Below are positions 1 through 14,079 of a stretch of 64,000 nt of DNA, one piece after another. Every line of letters begins with the position of its first letter. The first letter of the stretch is position 1. Below the pieces are notes generated by a model. It was not told where the DNA came from. It ran no database searches and was given only the letters and a program-made list of their open reading frames with translations. Made by a program: the position numbers and the translations under genes. Origin of the DNA: Octopus bimaculoides (lineage: Eukaryota). The DNA lies in the NCBI RefSeq assembly GCF_001194135.2, contig NC_068983.1, positions 137,723,714 to 137,787,713 of the forward strand, read 5' to 3'.

Positions 1-105
1 GTCTTTTTTTCAGACATTCAGAAATAATAGGTCCTCTTATTTTTCTTTTATCAAAGACGTAGGATGTGATTTGAGGATATTTGACTGCTGTTTTGACCAG
101 ATCGC
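1..105 (-). mobile_element. Fragment of a dispersed repeat (SINE-like); related copy on + at about 41050-41200
   Basis: Reverse complement gcagtcaaatatcctcaaatcacatcc resembles gccgtcaaatctccctcagatc at about 41055. Confidence 0.35.
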
Positions 106-1023
106 GGGATAACAGGGAGTTTTCATCGTGTACTCGTCTAGTATAATGTGTGTGTTGAAAGAGAGAGGGAGATAGATAGATAGATAGATAGATAGAGAGC
201 CATTCATATATGTGGTTTATTAAACTTCATAATGCCACAGTGACCGGTGGTCGTACCTAGTATTGTGTGTTTAAACATTTTTGCGAGCTCCTACGACCAA
301 CCCCTCCCCAAAACCAATATATCCAATCACCAACAAATTAGATAACATTGTTTTTGTTCTGTTTGTTTGCTCCACTGATCGATTATTTGCTTGAGTGTCC
401 TCTCTGGTATCTCAGAAATTACCGAAGCTTTGATGTTCACATTTAATAAAAAGTATATAAAATTAAAAATTGGTTCGTTGTTGTTTTTCCCAAGTTTTGC
501 TTTATTAGCGAGTTATGTGGACATTAAGTACACGGTCAGCTCTTTTCAACATGTTATATACTGGGTGAAATCATTTACGCAGTAAACTTTAGAAATACAC
601 AGAGTAACACAGTTTCATAGCAACCTAATTTCTTCCAGATTTTAAAAGCTAAAGAAGTACCACTGCAGATTTTGGTACCTGTAATAACTAGTAGCGCAAA
701 ATTCCTTCAGATGCTGGCCATCCATGTTAGTATTTCGCCTGTTTTCATTCGTAAACTTTTTGCACAATAAGGTCTGAAATATTTTGGTTATGTAATGGAA
801 TAAGATGAGGTTGAAAATTGATCGTATGCTTGTCATCTGACCATTAATGTAACATTGTTAACTCGAGGTACTTATTGTACTGTATCTGTCATGTCTCATC
901 TGCTGCTTTTTCTTCTACAGATCAACAGTAGTAAAATATGGTTTCGAGAAAAAGCACAAGTTTGTTGCGTGCATTGATGAACCTAACGCTTAGGCCTATT
1001 GCCGTTTGTCTAAGTTAGGAAGT

Positions 1024-1115
<92 letters not shown>

Positions 1116-1150
1116 NNNNNNNNNNNNNNNNNNNNNNNNNNNNNNNNNNN

Positions 1151-1201
<51 letters not shown>
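1024..1201. repeat. (GA)n/(TA)n compound microsatellite spanning a gap
   Basis: Directly visible. Confidence 0.97.
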
Positions 1202-1202
<1 letters not shown>

Positions 1203-2790
1203 TGAAAGAAAGTAGTGTTGTTGATTTGGTTGCAAGCTATGTAACACCATCATGTGTACTGCTAGCTTCAGGGAACCGTTGACCTCTTTCTTGTCTTTGA
1301 AGATTTTTGGTTAATGGTCTCCGCGGCAGTAACACAGAACACATTTCCAGTTGAATGGATTGAGATAACGTGAAATGAACTGCTTTTCTAAAGGATACAG
1401 AACTCACGACTTCACGGCCATAAGTACAACACCTGAAGCACGAGGCTGCACAACTTCACAGGAAACACGTATTTGCTTACAACTAAAGCGACAGCACTCA
1501 ATTGTTGAATGTGTTTCTTAAGATGCCAGAGTGTGATTTGAAATAGCTTTAGTTGCTATTTCTAGTTGTTCAAGCGACCATGTAGATACACTTTAGTTAG
1601 CTTGAAGGGCTCCTTCGATAAAGTACAATATCGATTTCAGTGAAAAAAAAAAAAAGGCGCTATATACATTTTCTGTTATTACAAGGACATTTTCAGCTTA
1701 TGTGAATTAAAATAGCTATTTTTAATAGCTAATATTTTAAATAGGTATTAGGAATAGAAATCGAATCACGTCCTCCGCTAGTCAGATTCCTGCTATCCTA
1801 CTATTCTGTGCTCCCCTTATTAAATGAAAGCGCAGCTAAGCAGACAAGCACACACACACACACACACACACCTGCACGCACATGCAAATATACACATAAA
1901 TACATACATGAATGAATACATACAAGCACATATACGTATACATACGAATATACATGTAAACATATACTTAAATAAATACATACATACACACACATATGCA
2001 AACATGTTGATAGACAGATATATGCTTATAACCAAGCGTGCACATTCTCTCACACGAGTAGGTGTTCTAAATTACAATCAAAAATTATATCCGTGATTGC
2101 TTCCTGTTTAGTCTTATAATTGAAATAATAATAAAGAAAAATATTTCTACACTTGCCTCCTTTTCCTCGTCGTCCTCATCCCCTCCCCCTCTCCTCCTTC
2201 TCCTCCTCCTCCGCCTCCTCCAACTTTTATATTGGCAACAAAGTTTCCAGTCGCAAAAAAAGCAACGATACATACACTCATACATCCGTGCGCACGCACG
2301 CACATTCATACGTATATACATTTATATATATATATGTGCGTATATATATGCGTATATATATGCGTATATATATGTACATATGTGAGTATATACGTATATA
2401 TNNNNNNNNNNNNNNNNNNNNNNNNNNNNNNNNNNNNNNNNNNNNNNNNNNNNNNNNNNNNNNNNNNNNNNNNNNNNNNNNNNNNNNNNNNNNNNNNNNN
2501 NNNNNNNNNNNNNNNNNNNNNNNNNNNNNNNNNNNNNNNNNNNNNNNNNNNNNNNNNNNNNNNNNNNNNNNNNNNNNNNNNNNNNNNNNNNNNNNNNNNN
2601 NNNNNNNNNNNNNNNNNNNNNNNNNNNNNNNNNNNNNNNNNNNNNNNNNNNNNNNNNNNNNNNNNNNNNNNNNNNNNNNNNNNNNNNNNNNNNNNNNNNN
2701 NNNNNNNNNNNNNNNNNNNNNNNNNNNNNNNNNNNNNNNNNNNNNNNNNNNNNNNNNNNNNNNNNNNNNNNNNNNNNNNNNNNNNNNNNN

Positions 2791-2821
<31 letters not shown>

Positions 2822-3001
2822 GTATGCATGCATGTATGTATGAGCGTGTGTATATTCCTGCCGTTCTCTCTCTTTCTCTTTCTCTTTCCTTATCTCTCTC
2901 TCAGAATGAAACTATCAATCCTTGCCGTCGGCAAAGACTTGGCTATGGAATTGAAACAAGAATAACACAGCAACAAGAACAAAAAAAAATCATAGGAAGA
3001 C

Positions 3002-3045
<44 letters not shown>

Positions 3046-3191
3046 TACACACACACACACACACACGCACACACACAAACACACACACACACACACACTC
3101 GCACGTGCATAGGCACATGCACATACACAAATATACTTTAGATTATATCTCGAGCTTCTTATTGAAGGATAGCTATCGTTATCAAGCAGCA

Positions 3192-3260
<69 letters not shown>

Positions 3261-3275
3261 CATTATTATTATTAA
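3192..3275. repeat. (ATT)n microsatellite
   Basis: Directly visible. Confidence 0.97.
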
Positions 3276-3720
3276 TTATAGTTATTGTTATTGTTCATCG
3301 TGTAGATGTATAAATATTGTTTTTTTAATGCCAAATATTTAAATAATTAAACCGAGGAGTCACCATAAATAAAGCAAAAATAAACACATTACAGTAACGA
3401 GTAGCAAAACATTATAGATATTCTTTGAAAAATTTCCTCCTCCTCCTATTTCTCCTCCTCCTATTTCTCCTCCTCCTATTTCTCCTNNNNNNNNNNTACT
3501 ACTACTACTACTACTACTACTACTACCTTACAGGAATGAGCTGCTTTCTTAACATGGATATAGAGTTCTGTCATTTGAATGTAGATGACAAAAACAATGT
3601 CGCATGTTGACCTAAAGAACTCATGCATATTTTTTACTGTTTCGCTTACAGATTGTATTTGCCAGATTGTCACCAAGACATTTACAAAACCAAGTGTATC
3701 CCTTTCGTTCAGTTTTTGAG

Positions 3721-3870
3721 ATGGCCTGTAGTCTGGTAGTTAAGGTATTCGGCTCATAATCATATAGTTGTCAGTATAGTTACTGAACTGCTTAATGTGT
3801 AGTCTCTTTGAGCTCAGCACTTCATCCAACGTTGCTTCAGTCTACTCAACCGTAAATGAATAGCAGCTGG
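3721..3870 (+). mobile_element. Degenerate tRNA-derived SINE head
   Basis: tggcctgtagtctggtagttaaggtattcggctcataatc is A-box-like. The following gagctcagcacttcatccaacgttgcttcagtctactcaac resembles the bodies of the copies at 23738, 30148 and 39352. Confidence 0.55.
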
Positions 3871-4032
3871 TTACAAGTGCAGCCCACTCTCCTTCCTACT
3901 CTCACATCCTGGATGCGCCGTTGAGCCAAGGATAAGGGCACCGAGAGAGTGTCTATGCCTTCTGTGACTACAGAGGAACCTAAAACTATCAGGGAAAGCA
4001 CGGTACATCATACTCACTCCCGTTTGTAAACA

Positions 4033-4078
<46 letters not shown>

Positions 4079-4674
4079 ACACACACACGCACACACGCAC
4101 ACGCACACACACACACGTTTGGTTATGTATGTATATATACGTGTTTGCGTGCGCGCGTGTATGTGTGCGTAAACATCCATATAAATATAGAAAGAGAGAG
4201 AGAAAAAGAAGGAAAAAGGGAGACGGAGAGATNNNNNNNNNNNNNNNNNNNNNNNNNNNNNNNNNNNNNNNNNNNNNNNNNNNNNNNNNNNNNNNNNNNN
4301 NNNNNNNNNNNNNNNNNNNNNNNNNNNNNNNNNNNNNNNNNNNNNNNNNNNNNNNNNNNNNNNNNNNNNNNNNNNNNNNNNNNNNNNNNNNNNNNNNNNN
4401 NNNNNNNNNNNNNNNNNNNNNNNNNNNNNNNNNNNNNNNNNNNNNNNNNNNNNNNNNNNNNNNNNNNNNNNNNNNNNNNNNNNNNNNNNNNNNNNNNNNN
4501 NNNNNNNNNNNNNNNNNNNNNNNNNNNNNNNNNNNNNNNNNNNNNNNNNNNNNNNNNNNNNNNNNNNNNNNNNNNNNNNNNNNNNNNNNNNNNNNNNNNN
4601 NNNNNNNNNNNNNNNNNNNNNNNNNNNNNNNNNNNNNNNNNNNTATATATATATATATATATATATAAGTATAC

Positions 4675-4722
<48 letters not shown>

Positions 4723-5811
4723 CTCTATCTATCTCTCTATCTATCTATCTCTCTATCTACATATCCGCCATGTATTTATGCATGCGTATATGTATGTATG
4801 CATACACAAGCACACATATTAATATATATATAACATCCAATATACAGCGATGATGACCCTCAACAAATATATGTGACAAACCATACACTTAAGTATCTTA
4901 TAAATCCACACTGATTTTACGTACATATACATTTATATGCACCAGCCACACAATATATGGATAATGAGATAAAATTTTCTGACAATGGCTGCATCGTTAG
5001 TAGCTTCATGTTTTTTTCCAAATTGGAATATTTCTTCCCTTTCAATATTTCTTTACAATTTTTTCTGCAGCATCATTAAAAAATGTGATTTAAGGCTCTA
5101 ATTGGGTAGCAGTTAGTTCACGATCATTATCTCATCGTTGGGTTTCTCAAGCTACAAGTGACGAGTCGTTAAGACTCAAATACTGTTATGATATACAAGT
5201 AGTAATATTTTAAATTAAAGTTTTTGAAATAATTGTAATGACATCCTCTTTTAAAAGTAACGCAAGTAACAGTCAAACAATTTTTTGTTTCTTTCTCATT
5301 CACTCACACTCCACTCTCTCCCTCCATTTATCTATCTCTGCACACGCACATACGTATACACACACACACGCACACACACACACACACACACATACACACA
5401 CACCTTAACACTTCTAATACACTAAATGAAACCTCAGATACACACTAAATTGCCGTCCCAATGGAAAATGCTTATCGAAAGGCATTGTATGTGGAACTGA
5501 TGTGAAAACAGCAGATGGTGTTAAACGGCACACACACACACACACACACACNNNNNNNNNNNNNNNNNNNNNNNNNNNNNNNNNNNNNNNNNNNNNNNNN
5601 NNNNNNNNNNNNNNNNNNNNNNNNNNNNNNNNNNNNNNNNNNNNNNNNNNNNNNNNNNNNNNNNNNNNNNNNNNNNNNNNNNNNNNNNNNNNNNNNNNNN
5701 NNNNNNNNNNNNNNNNNNNNNNNNNNNNNNNNNNNNNNNNNNNNNNNNNNNNNNNNNNNNNNNNNNNNNNNNNNNNNNNNNNNNNNNNNNNNNNNNNNNN
5801 NNNNNNNNNNN

Positions 5812-5848
<37 letters not shown>

Positions 5849-7948
5849 AAAACATCTTGGAAACTTGATAAAACAGAACATATTCAATCATTAAAATCCA
5901 GGGACAAAATTAAATCTGTATCATTAACTCAATATATGCTGAGAGTTGATGATATATGAGTGAACAATGTACTATAAAATGAGACGTTGTTGAGGAAACC
6001 GAGCTAGGTAATAGTGGGAAGAAAAGATGTAATTTATGAACGCAGAAAAGGTACAAAATATTATTAGCTACGCCATGTAAGATCTTGAATTTGAGAGACG
6101 AAAAATTCTGCACATTCTTACGTCGGACAAAATTCATCCTTTATCACTGGACTACATTACATCTGCAGATTCATTTAAAATAAGACTAAGATAAATGAAG
6201 AAGAAATAAACAATAGAAAGGATTATTCCCCCGCTACATAACATTCATTTCAAATGATCTCTCCTGGGTACTAAAATTAAGCAGCCCACGCCATATATAA
6301 ATCAAGATTTGTCTTTCTCTCTCTCTGTGGATTTGTCTTCCATCAATTGCACGCTGCTCAACCGAGAACCGTAGTATTAACACCACATTATCTGAGATGA
6401 CAAATGAAATTAACAAATGAAATTAATGTGTAAAACATCCTGTCCAAACGCCATTTATTATATTTTTATTATATTTCTCCTGGACTAACGTGACAAGCAG
6501 GAAACTACGAGTAACGACAGAGCTAAGAGCCAGCTGCAGATAGATAAATAATGTTTAATTACTGATAAATAAGATAATATTAATAATTAATTTAGCATTT
6601 ATAATGTGTACTGAATATTCTTTCTCTCATTTATGAAATAAAAAATCATGTGCGTATATGTAAATGTATATATCCATACATGCATACATGCATACATGCA
6701 TACATGCATACATACATACATATAAATATATATGAATGTCACCAGAGGGCCTTGTAAGATTTTATATAAAGAACGTAGAAGAATGGTAAGATTCAACGAA
6801 GCAGTTTCGGTTTTAATTTGTTTCCTTATTATTTTGGAAAAAAGCCTGAATGTTACAATTCCCCACATTCCCTGTCTAAATTATAGGTTCATTGTTTTTA
6901 GTAAATTGAAGTTTTGTCTTCCTCGGCTACGAATTTAAATAACACAGGATTCAGTTTTAGTTTTAGTCATACAAAGTTCAATAATGCTAAGTTAAGAAAT
7001 ATGAAATTGGTTCACTCAACTATACTTTGTCTTTAACCTTTTCCTCAATGACAGTGTACCAAATAGAAAGGAACCGATGGTTATTTCTTTTGACTAGTTT
7101 GAGGAAGAGAAAACCGGACGTTGTGAAGTTCTAATCCTTTTCAAGTACATCTGTAGCCCTTGAAATGAATCCAAATGTGATTAAACATGCACCAAATGCG
7201 GGTTAGTTCTGTAAACAATTGCATTGATTGGTTGTCACGTAAGGATTCGAGCGAATTATGACTCGGAGTTATTATTCATTGCTTATTCTAAAGAGACAAT
7301 AAAATTGCTACACCTAAGTATCCATACGGATAAAAAAAATTGTCAGTGTGGGAGATCAATATTAGAGTTCAGAGGATTTGTAAGAAGAGAAAGATTCAGT
7401 GGGTTGAGTCCACAAAACGATTTCAGTCCCTGATTGACGCAGTTATTTGACTTTGCTAACGATCAGATACTAGCTGACTACCAATCACTCTCCACAATGC
7501 GTCTGATGCCGTGAATTAATTGTTGCTGCGAGTGCAGTAAAATTGGCAGAAGCCGATTCTGAGATCTGGTTACGGTTTCTGTATTTAGTAATTTTAGCAA
7601 GTTTATGAGGAAAATGATATTAGTAAAAACATTTATATCTTTGTTTCTACAAACATGTAGCTTATGATCTATATAAGATCTAACATTTCCTGTACAGGTG
7701 ATATTAAAGAATAACATACTTATTACTTCTTTGACTATTACTTCTGTGGTTAAGTTGGTGGTGACATCTAGTAAATATGCAAAAGCGGTGATAGTTATTT
7801 TTATGCCGAAATAAACGGAGTTTTTAATTAGATGTTTTCTATTTGTATCTCTCTCTCTCCCCTCTCTCTCTCTCCCTCTNNNNNNNNNNNNNNNNNNNNN
7901 NNNNNNNNNNNNNNNNNNNNNNNNNNNNNNNNCTCTCTCTCTCTCTCT

Positions 7949-7998
<50 letters not shown>

Positions 7999-8199
7999 AT
8001 AGTTTCAAATTTTGGCACAAGACCAGCAATTTCGAAGGAGGGGTTAAGTCGATTGTATCGACCCCAGTACTCAACAGGTACTTATATCATCGATAAAAAG
8101 CAAAATCGACCTCAGTAGAATTTTGAACTCGGAACGTAAAAACAGACGAAAAACTGCTAAGCATTTTGCCTGGCGTAACGGTTCTGCCTGCTCGCTGCC
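7999..8199 (-). mobile_element. tRNA-derived SINE (same family as 56605-56805 and 56845-56980)
   Basis: Minus strand reads ggcagaaccgttacgccaggcaaaatgcttagcag...gttccgagttcaaaattc (B-box-like). It aligns by eye along its length with the 56.6 kb copy. Confidence 0.8.
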
Positions 8200-9743
8200 T
8201 TACATATATTTATAAAAGCAGGGTTAACGCTACTTCATCGTCTCTATATAAGCCTATATCTATTGTATTTAGTTGCATACTAGATATTTGTATAATTGGT
8301 CAATTGCTAATTTTAACAAACATCGAACCGTTTAGCATGAAATCTTTGTAAAATCGACCGGTTATCTGTTTACGAAAATGACATAAATTCTGTTTATTCA
8401 TATAATTTGTTCCAATTTTTGAACGAAAACTCGTGAAATCTATCAGAAATTAAACATATAATTTGATGTGAATAAAGTGATTCTGGCTGTTTCTATTTTC
8501 ATGTTAAATTTAAAGTAGCCGTTGACAATACTTCATTCCTACCATCAATCGACGTACTCAAGTAATATTTTTGTCTTATTTTTAATCATCTAATAATATT
8601 TTTCAGTATATAAATGGATGCTATTTTGTTGTTTTATTATCGACTAAATTAGCCTCTCATTGACTCAGTTAATTTTTTTCTTAATACATGATCCTTGCTT
8701 TTATTATTGAGGAATTCAAGGAGTGTGGAAGTCATTGTAAGCACGTAAAGAATTTTATTTAAGCATGAGTAGTATAAAATATACTGTAATTGAGAAAAAA
8801 AATATAATTAAAAAAATCAAAATCATTTAAAGCTAGTTTTATATATAATCCATACATGTGTAACACATGTCTTTCTTCTAATAATTTACTGAAATATCTT
8901 AATTTATTGCCTATTACGCAAATCCGCTAATTTCAATGTCCTGTTTCTCGCATAATAATTTTAATCACCGGTGCTTTGTACAAGGGTTGTTGCATGTAGG
9001 AATAATCTTCAATCTATAAGTCAAGGATAAACTATAATAATTGCTTCTTTTGAAAGACCAATAAGTTACGAAATCAGAAAAGTTAAAGTATCGCCCGTGA
9101 CCTCCTAACAATAAGTTAGATTTTAGTCCCAGATGGTACTATTTTGCTGGAAATCTAAAAGGCGTAACAAATAAAAAAAAAATTTAAATGTCATTAACAT
9201 TAATTTTGATTTCATATAGAGAAGTATTTAAATGGATTATAGTATTATTTTTGCCCATCTACTGAGAATAAATCCCATTGGAATAGAATTTGCTTTTGTT
9301 TATACAAGGTTCAGAAAGTAAGTATACGAAGTTAAATTTAATGGTACTACTCCCTTCATACTGAAAAATAGCCCTCAGCTATTGCAAGAAACCATTATCA
9401 TAGTATACTTTTGTTGTATACACACATCAAAGAAATATACACAATCACACAGGTAAGAAAGAGTTGATAAAAACAACTATATAATTTGGAAACGTTGTTG
9501 CCGTCGAAGTATGGAAATCATTAGCTGACGTTTTATTTTTCTGTTAGTTTGTGCTATTGAAAATAGCTATACACACATACATACATACATACATACATAC
9601 ATGCATGCATGCATACATACAAATATATGTATGTGCATACATACTTACACACACGTATGTGTAAACATACATAGACATATCTTTCTATCGACTTGTTTAT
9701 CTATCTACACACGTGTTCATATACCAGTGCATATACAGCATAT

Positions 9744-9793
<50 letters not shown>

Positions 9794-9820
9794 ACACACA
9801 TATATATATANNNNNNNNNN

Positions 9821-9862
<42 letters not shown>

Positions 9863-10039
9863 TACATTAACATACACACACACATATATGTATACTTCAA
9901 AACCACGAGTGTCTTTTCAATCTTTTGAACTGGCTACTTTAGATCGAAGCGAGAGGAGTTTATCTTGTTATATGACACCATTCGCTTTATCCTTTTAACA
10001 ATTTCTTATTTGGTCTTGTGTTACAAATATTTCATCGAT

Positions 10040-10445
10040 ACTAGTTTCTAAGTTAGCTAAAATAAATTCACTTTATAAGAGAGAAAAAGAAAGACATTGA
10101 GTAAAATAGAAGAGAGACAGGGAGGGAGAGATTGAGATATAGGCAGGGAGAAAGCTGGAGATAGAAAACTAGAGAGAGTTAGAGAAAGAAAGAGAGAGAG
10201 AGAGAAAAGAAAATATGAAAGAATAGTGAGAGTAATGAAAAAAGAGGAGAACAATAAATAAGAGTGTGAGAGAGACAGAGAATGAAAGAGCGAGAAAGAA
10301 AAAGAAAAAGAAAGCGAGTGAGAAAAAGTAAGAAAAAGAGAAAGAAGGTGAGAAAAAGAGAAAGGAAGTATGAAAAAGAAAAAGAAGGTAAGAAAAAGAG
10401 AAAGAAGGAGAGAAAAAAGAGAAAGCAAGAGTAAAAGCATATGAG
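10040..10445 (+). repeat. Degenerate purine-rich (GA/GAAA) low-complexity tract
   Basis: About 400 bp made almost only of A and G, with recurring gaaaaagagaaagaagg. Confidence 0.9.
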
Positions 10446-10658
10446 ATTCTGTGCAATTAGAGAACGTTTTACAGAGAAAGTTGAAACTCTTTTTATCAAA
10501 TGTGCCACATCACGATCAAACAGAATGTGAAAATACTAGACTACAAGAACAATAATTAAGGCAACAGAGCTTGAAATTGCAGTTAAAGAAAAGGACAAAA
10601 AATCAAAAACAAAAAAGCTAGAGAAACTAAACAGGGAAAAAAGGTAGATAGAGGTAGA

Positions 10659-10704
<46 letters not shown>

Positions 10705-11264
10705 GAGGAAGAGAGTGAGAGAGGGAAAGAATTTTAAAGATCGTTGAATGTTGAATCGATCAAAACTTTTGCAGACTTCTAAATGAATGGAGAAATGAGA
10801 AATGCAAATTTTGTGCAAGTTTAAATGTAACAGGTCAATGAATGTTTCACGGAGAACATGTGTACTGGTAATGGCTGTGCACAGGTCTGTAAAAGAAGGG
10901 CAGGAAATTAAGAGAGCAACTGAAGCAAATGAAGAGTTGTGAGTATCTGAAAAGAGAACTAGCATTTAAAGAGAAACTGAAATAGGTAATTCTCTTTTAG
11001 TGGATTTGAATGTATTTTCAAAAGAATATTTTCCTAGTTAAGGAGAAGTGAAGAAAATAAAATGATCTGATATAAAATTAAAAGAAGAAAAAGAAAAAAA
11101 AATGCGCAACACATATACATAGAAAAAATAAATAAAACAAATAACGTCAAACAGCTTACAAACAAAAGTAACCAACTCAACGATATCATAAAACAAAATC
11201 AAATACAAGAGAAAACAAAATGCAAAACTCGCAAAATAAAATCAAGACCAAATAAAAAGTTATC

Positions 11265-11492
11265 AAATCTCTTGTCATAATATACAGAGCCCCATTAATG
11301 AGACAAGACGAATTTTTATTAAACTTTGATAACTTCATAGCATTCATTTAACCTGCAGATTTGGCAACTATCTCAACAAACAGACACTATTGCAAGTTTC
11401 CCTATATACATGAATGCTACTCAGTTATCAAAGTTTAATAAAAATTCGTCTTGTTTCATTAATGGGGTTGTGCAAAATATAACAAGAGATTC
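11265..11492. repeat. Fold-back / MITE-like inverted repeat, arms about 85 bp, spacer about 57 bp
   Basis: ccccattaatgagacaagacgaatttttattaaactttgataact (11290-11334) is the near-perfect reverse complement of agttatcaaagtttaataaaaattcgtcttgtttcattaatgggg (about 11423-11467). Similarity extends to 11265 and 11492. Confidence 0.92.
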
Positions 11493-12519
11493 GGCAATTT
11501 TTGTGTTGTTTAGTTTAGTCTTGTCTTTGATTCACGATTCCTCTAGTTTTGTTTGTATATTTTGATGCTGAGATTTTTGGCTTTTAGATAATTTATTTTC
11601 CTCACTTCTCAACTAGGAATAAAAAGTGGCTGGAAGTAGCAACAGAATAATATACATACATGCGAGCATACATACATACATACATACATACATACTTAAC
11701 AAAAACCTGGAAAAATTAGGGTTCTCAAAACCTGAAAGAAAAAGGCTGATTAGAAAATTACAGATTCAAGCCATCAATGGAACTGTAAAGATATGTAAAA
11801 CTTTCCAAAAATTTAGCACATAAATACATATGCATGCATCTAGACATAAAAACGCATCCATAAAACAAACATACAAATCTGCGCATTCACTAACACCAAA
11901 TACTGCACACACACACATATGCACAAATACCTAGATGATGTTGATAAAAGTTCCAATGAAGGAGCCTTGAATCTATGTTAGAGTCCGGCTCTTTCTCTAT
12001 GGACAAGAAATACAGAAATGAAACTGATTGACATACATACNNNNNNNNNNTATATATATATATATATATATATATGTCACTGGCATTTGAATTATTTCTA
12101 TTATCTCATTTTCGTTTCATTTATGCAAATTACTTAGGTCATAAATGTGTCCTACTCTGTTTTGCATATGTTTAAGTATCTCGTCTGCAGAAAGTAAAGT
12201 ACGACAACTGCTGTGCTAATGGCACATATTGAGGCAAAAACATGTGTCAACAGCTGTTCTCTTGTCTTTAGACTATCAGACCGTCTTTTTCTCAGTGATA
12301 TGTAAATTTTGGAGAAATTCTTGGTTCTTGAGATTATCGCCCACTCTCATTTGTCTCCAAATGATTGATCTACTTACGTTGGAAGAGGAGACGATTTCAA
12401 TAAATCAAAAGTTTATCTTTTATGTTATTTAATGCACCTTTATTGTCTTTTTTGTTCAGTAGCAACTCTGTATAATTTTTCTCAGAACATTTTCGTTTCA
12501 TTTATACAAATTACCTCTA

Positions 12520-13420
12520 TATAACCTGGCGGGGAGGGTTGCTAGAACAGCAGTTAGACAAAATCAAGATCTGTCAAACGATGAATGAATCTCACGTAAA
12601 GTCAATGACTATCTAACAACGCTATGCAGGGACTTAAAAAGACTATGGTGGAGAACGAGTGGACTGTAAGTCCGCTGGGAAATGGGTAGACCTATGCTCT
12701 TTAGCCATGGTAAAGGCAGCTAGTCTACTAGAAAACCATGACGAATAAAAACCCGGTAACTCAAGCCAAAATAATATTTGAATTGAAACATTGATAAAAC
12801 ATTGATAAAACATTGATAAAACTGTTATGCGTGGATCCTAAAAAAAAGGTCCATGATATAAATTTGAAAATCATATCATCCTTCAAATATATTGGCAGCT
12901 TGTTAAACAGAGATGATAATAACTCGATGGCAAAATCGCAAATAAAATTCAGAAGGTAATATCTTTTGCAAAATAACAATCTTCACAATAATCTTAAAGA
13001 TATTTACGAAATAACATTGAAATATTTATTTTCAGAGCAAACATTTTGTCTGCTTTGTTGTATGATTGTGAAACATGGACAATACAGTCAAAACATAAAT
13101 CACTTGAAGGATATTTAGCAATACTGTCTTCGACAAATTTTGTATTTTGAGATACTATGTGAATGATGTCTCGAAGAAAGCAAATTTTGTATTCAGAGAA
13201 GTTCTCTTGTAACATAGCAGACTCAGGTAGGCAGGTCAACGTAGTTCGTATAGAAATAACACCAAAATGAAATAACACCAAAGGGTCTACTCTTTGGAGA
13301 ACTATATTTTGGGAAAACCTCCTTAAAAACCGAAGCTAAGATATAAGGTCTGTCTCAAAGCTGTTTAAAAAAACGCAATATTCATGTCGAAAGTAGGGAA
13401 ACTATTACTCTGTTGTATTT
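12520..13420 (+). mobile_element. Degenerate RTE-clade (BovB-like) LINE: 5'UTR-like segment joined to the ORF C-terminus
   Basis: Frameshifted peptides NLKIISSFKYIGSLL, FIFRANILSALLYDCETWT, CLRQIL and KLRYKVCLK match the RTE C-terminal pattern FxYLGS...LLYGCETWT...RYKDCLK. ggcagctagtctactagaaaacc (about 12715) resembles the RTE 5'UTR motif. Confidence 0.7.
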
Positions 13421-13579
13421 GTTAGGGCATCACTAAAAACATATAATGAGAATATCTATACATTTCAAAGAGAATAACATTCAGCGTGCAATACTTAAAA
13501 GAGACGCAAGGAAAAGAATGTTCGGCGAATTTGTCTATCTAAAGCTATTTTTATTTTTCGTTTATGAACTAAAGCAAAC

Positions 13580-13615
<36 letters not shown>

Positions 13616-13631
13616 CAACAACAACAACAAC

Positions 13632-13690
<59 letters not shown>
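13580..13690. repeat. (AAT)n/(AAC)n microsatellite, 5' flank of an RLE-LINE
   Basis: Directly visible. Confidence 0.97.
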
Positions 13691-13693
<3 letters not shown>

Positions 13694-14079
13694 TAGTCTT
13701 AATTGAGAAAGAAAACAAACTATGCTGGATCATAGATATAGCATGCCCAGCTGACAACAAGGTATGCGATAAGGAAGAAAGAAAAGTCGAGAGATATGAC
13801 AGATTAGCTTGGGAGGTAAAGCAGTTGTGGTCGATGAAAAAGGTGGTAGTGGTACCAATAATTGTCGGAGCCCTGGGAACAGGGAGTAAACATCTCGAGA
13901 AGTACATGGAACAAATAGGGGCTGCAATAAGGATGGAGCACTTGCAGAAAAACTGCACTGCTTGGAACCGCTCGAATACTCCGGAAGGTGCTCCAAAAAT
14001 AAGAGGTGCTACCTTAGTTCACTGGTAGTGAACAGCTGACACTGTAGTACATCTCCAGCGTTAGAAGCTGTGCAAAGGC

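Noticed and set aside
2922-2934. 13-bp palindrome ttgccgtcggcaa with strong acceptor-like tracts on both strands
   Set aside because: It is short enough to occur by chance, and the pyrimidine tract on + is just a (CT)n microsatellite.
5438-5530. Cys-containing frame YTLNCRPNGKCLSKGIVCGTD with a possible GTATGT donor
   Set aside because: The acceptor is poor, no domain is recognisable, and the frame runs into (CA)n.
10834-10911. EGF-like peptide VNECFTENMCTGNGCAQVC in an alternative frame
   Set aside because: The frame stops after KRRAGN, only four cysteines are present, and the phase does not fit the usual phase-1 EGF exon.
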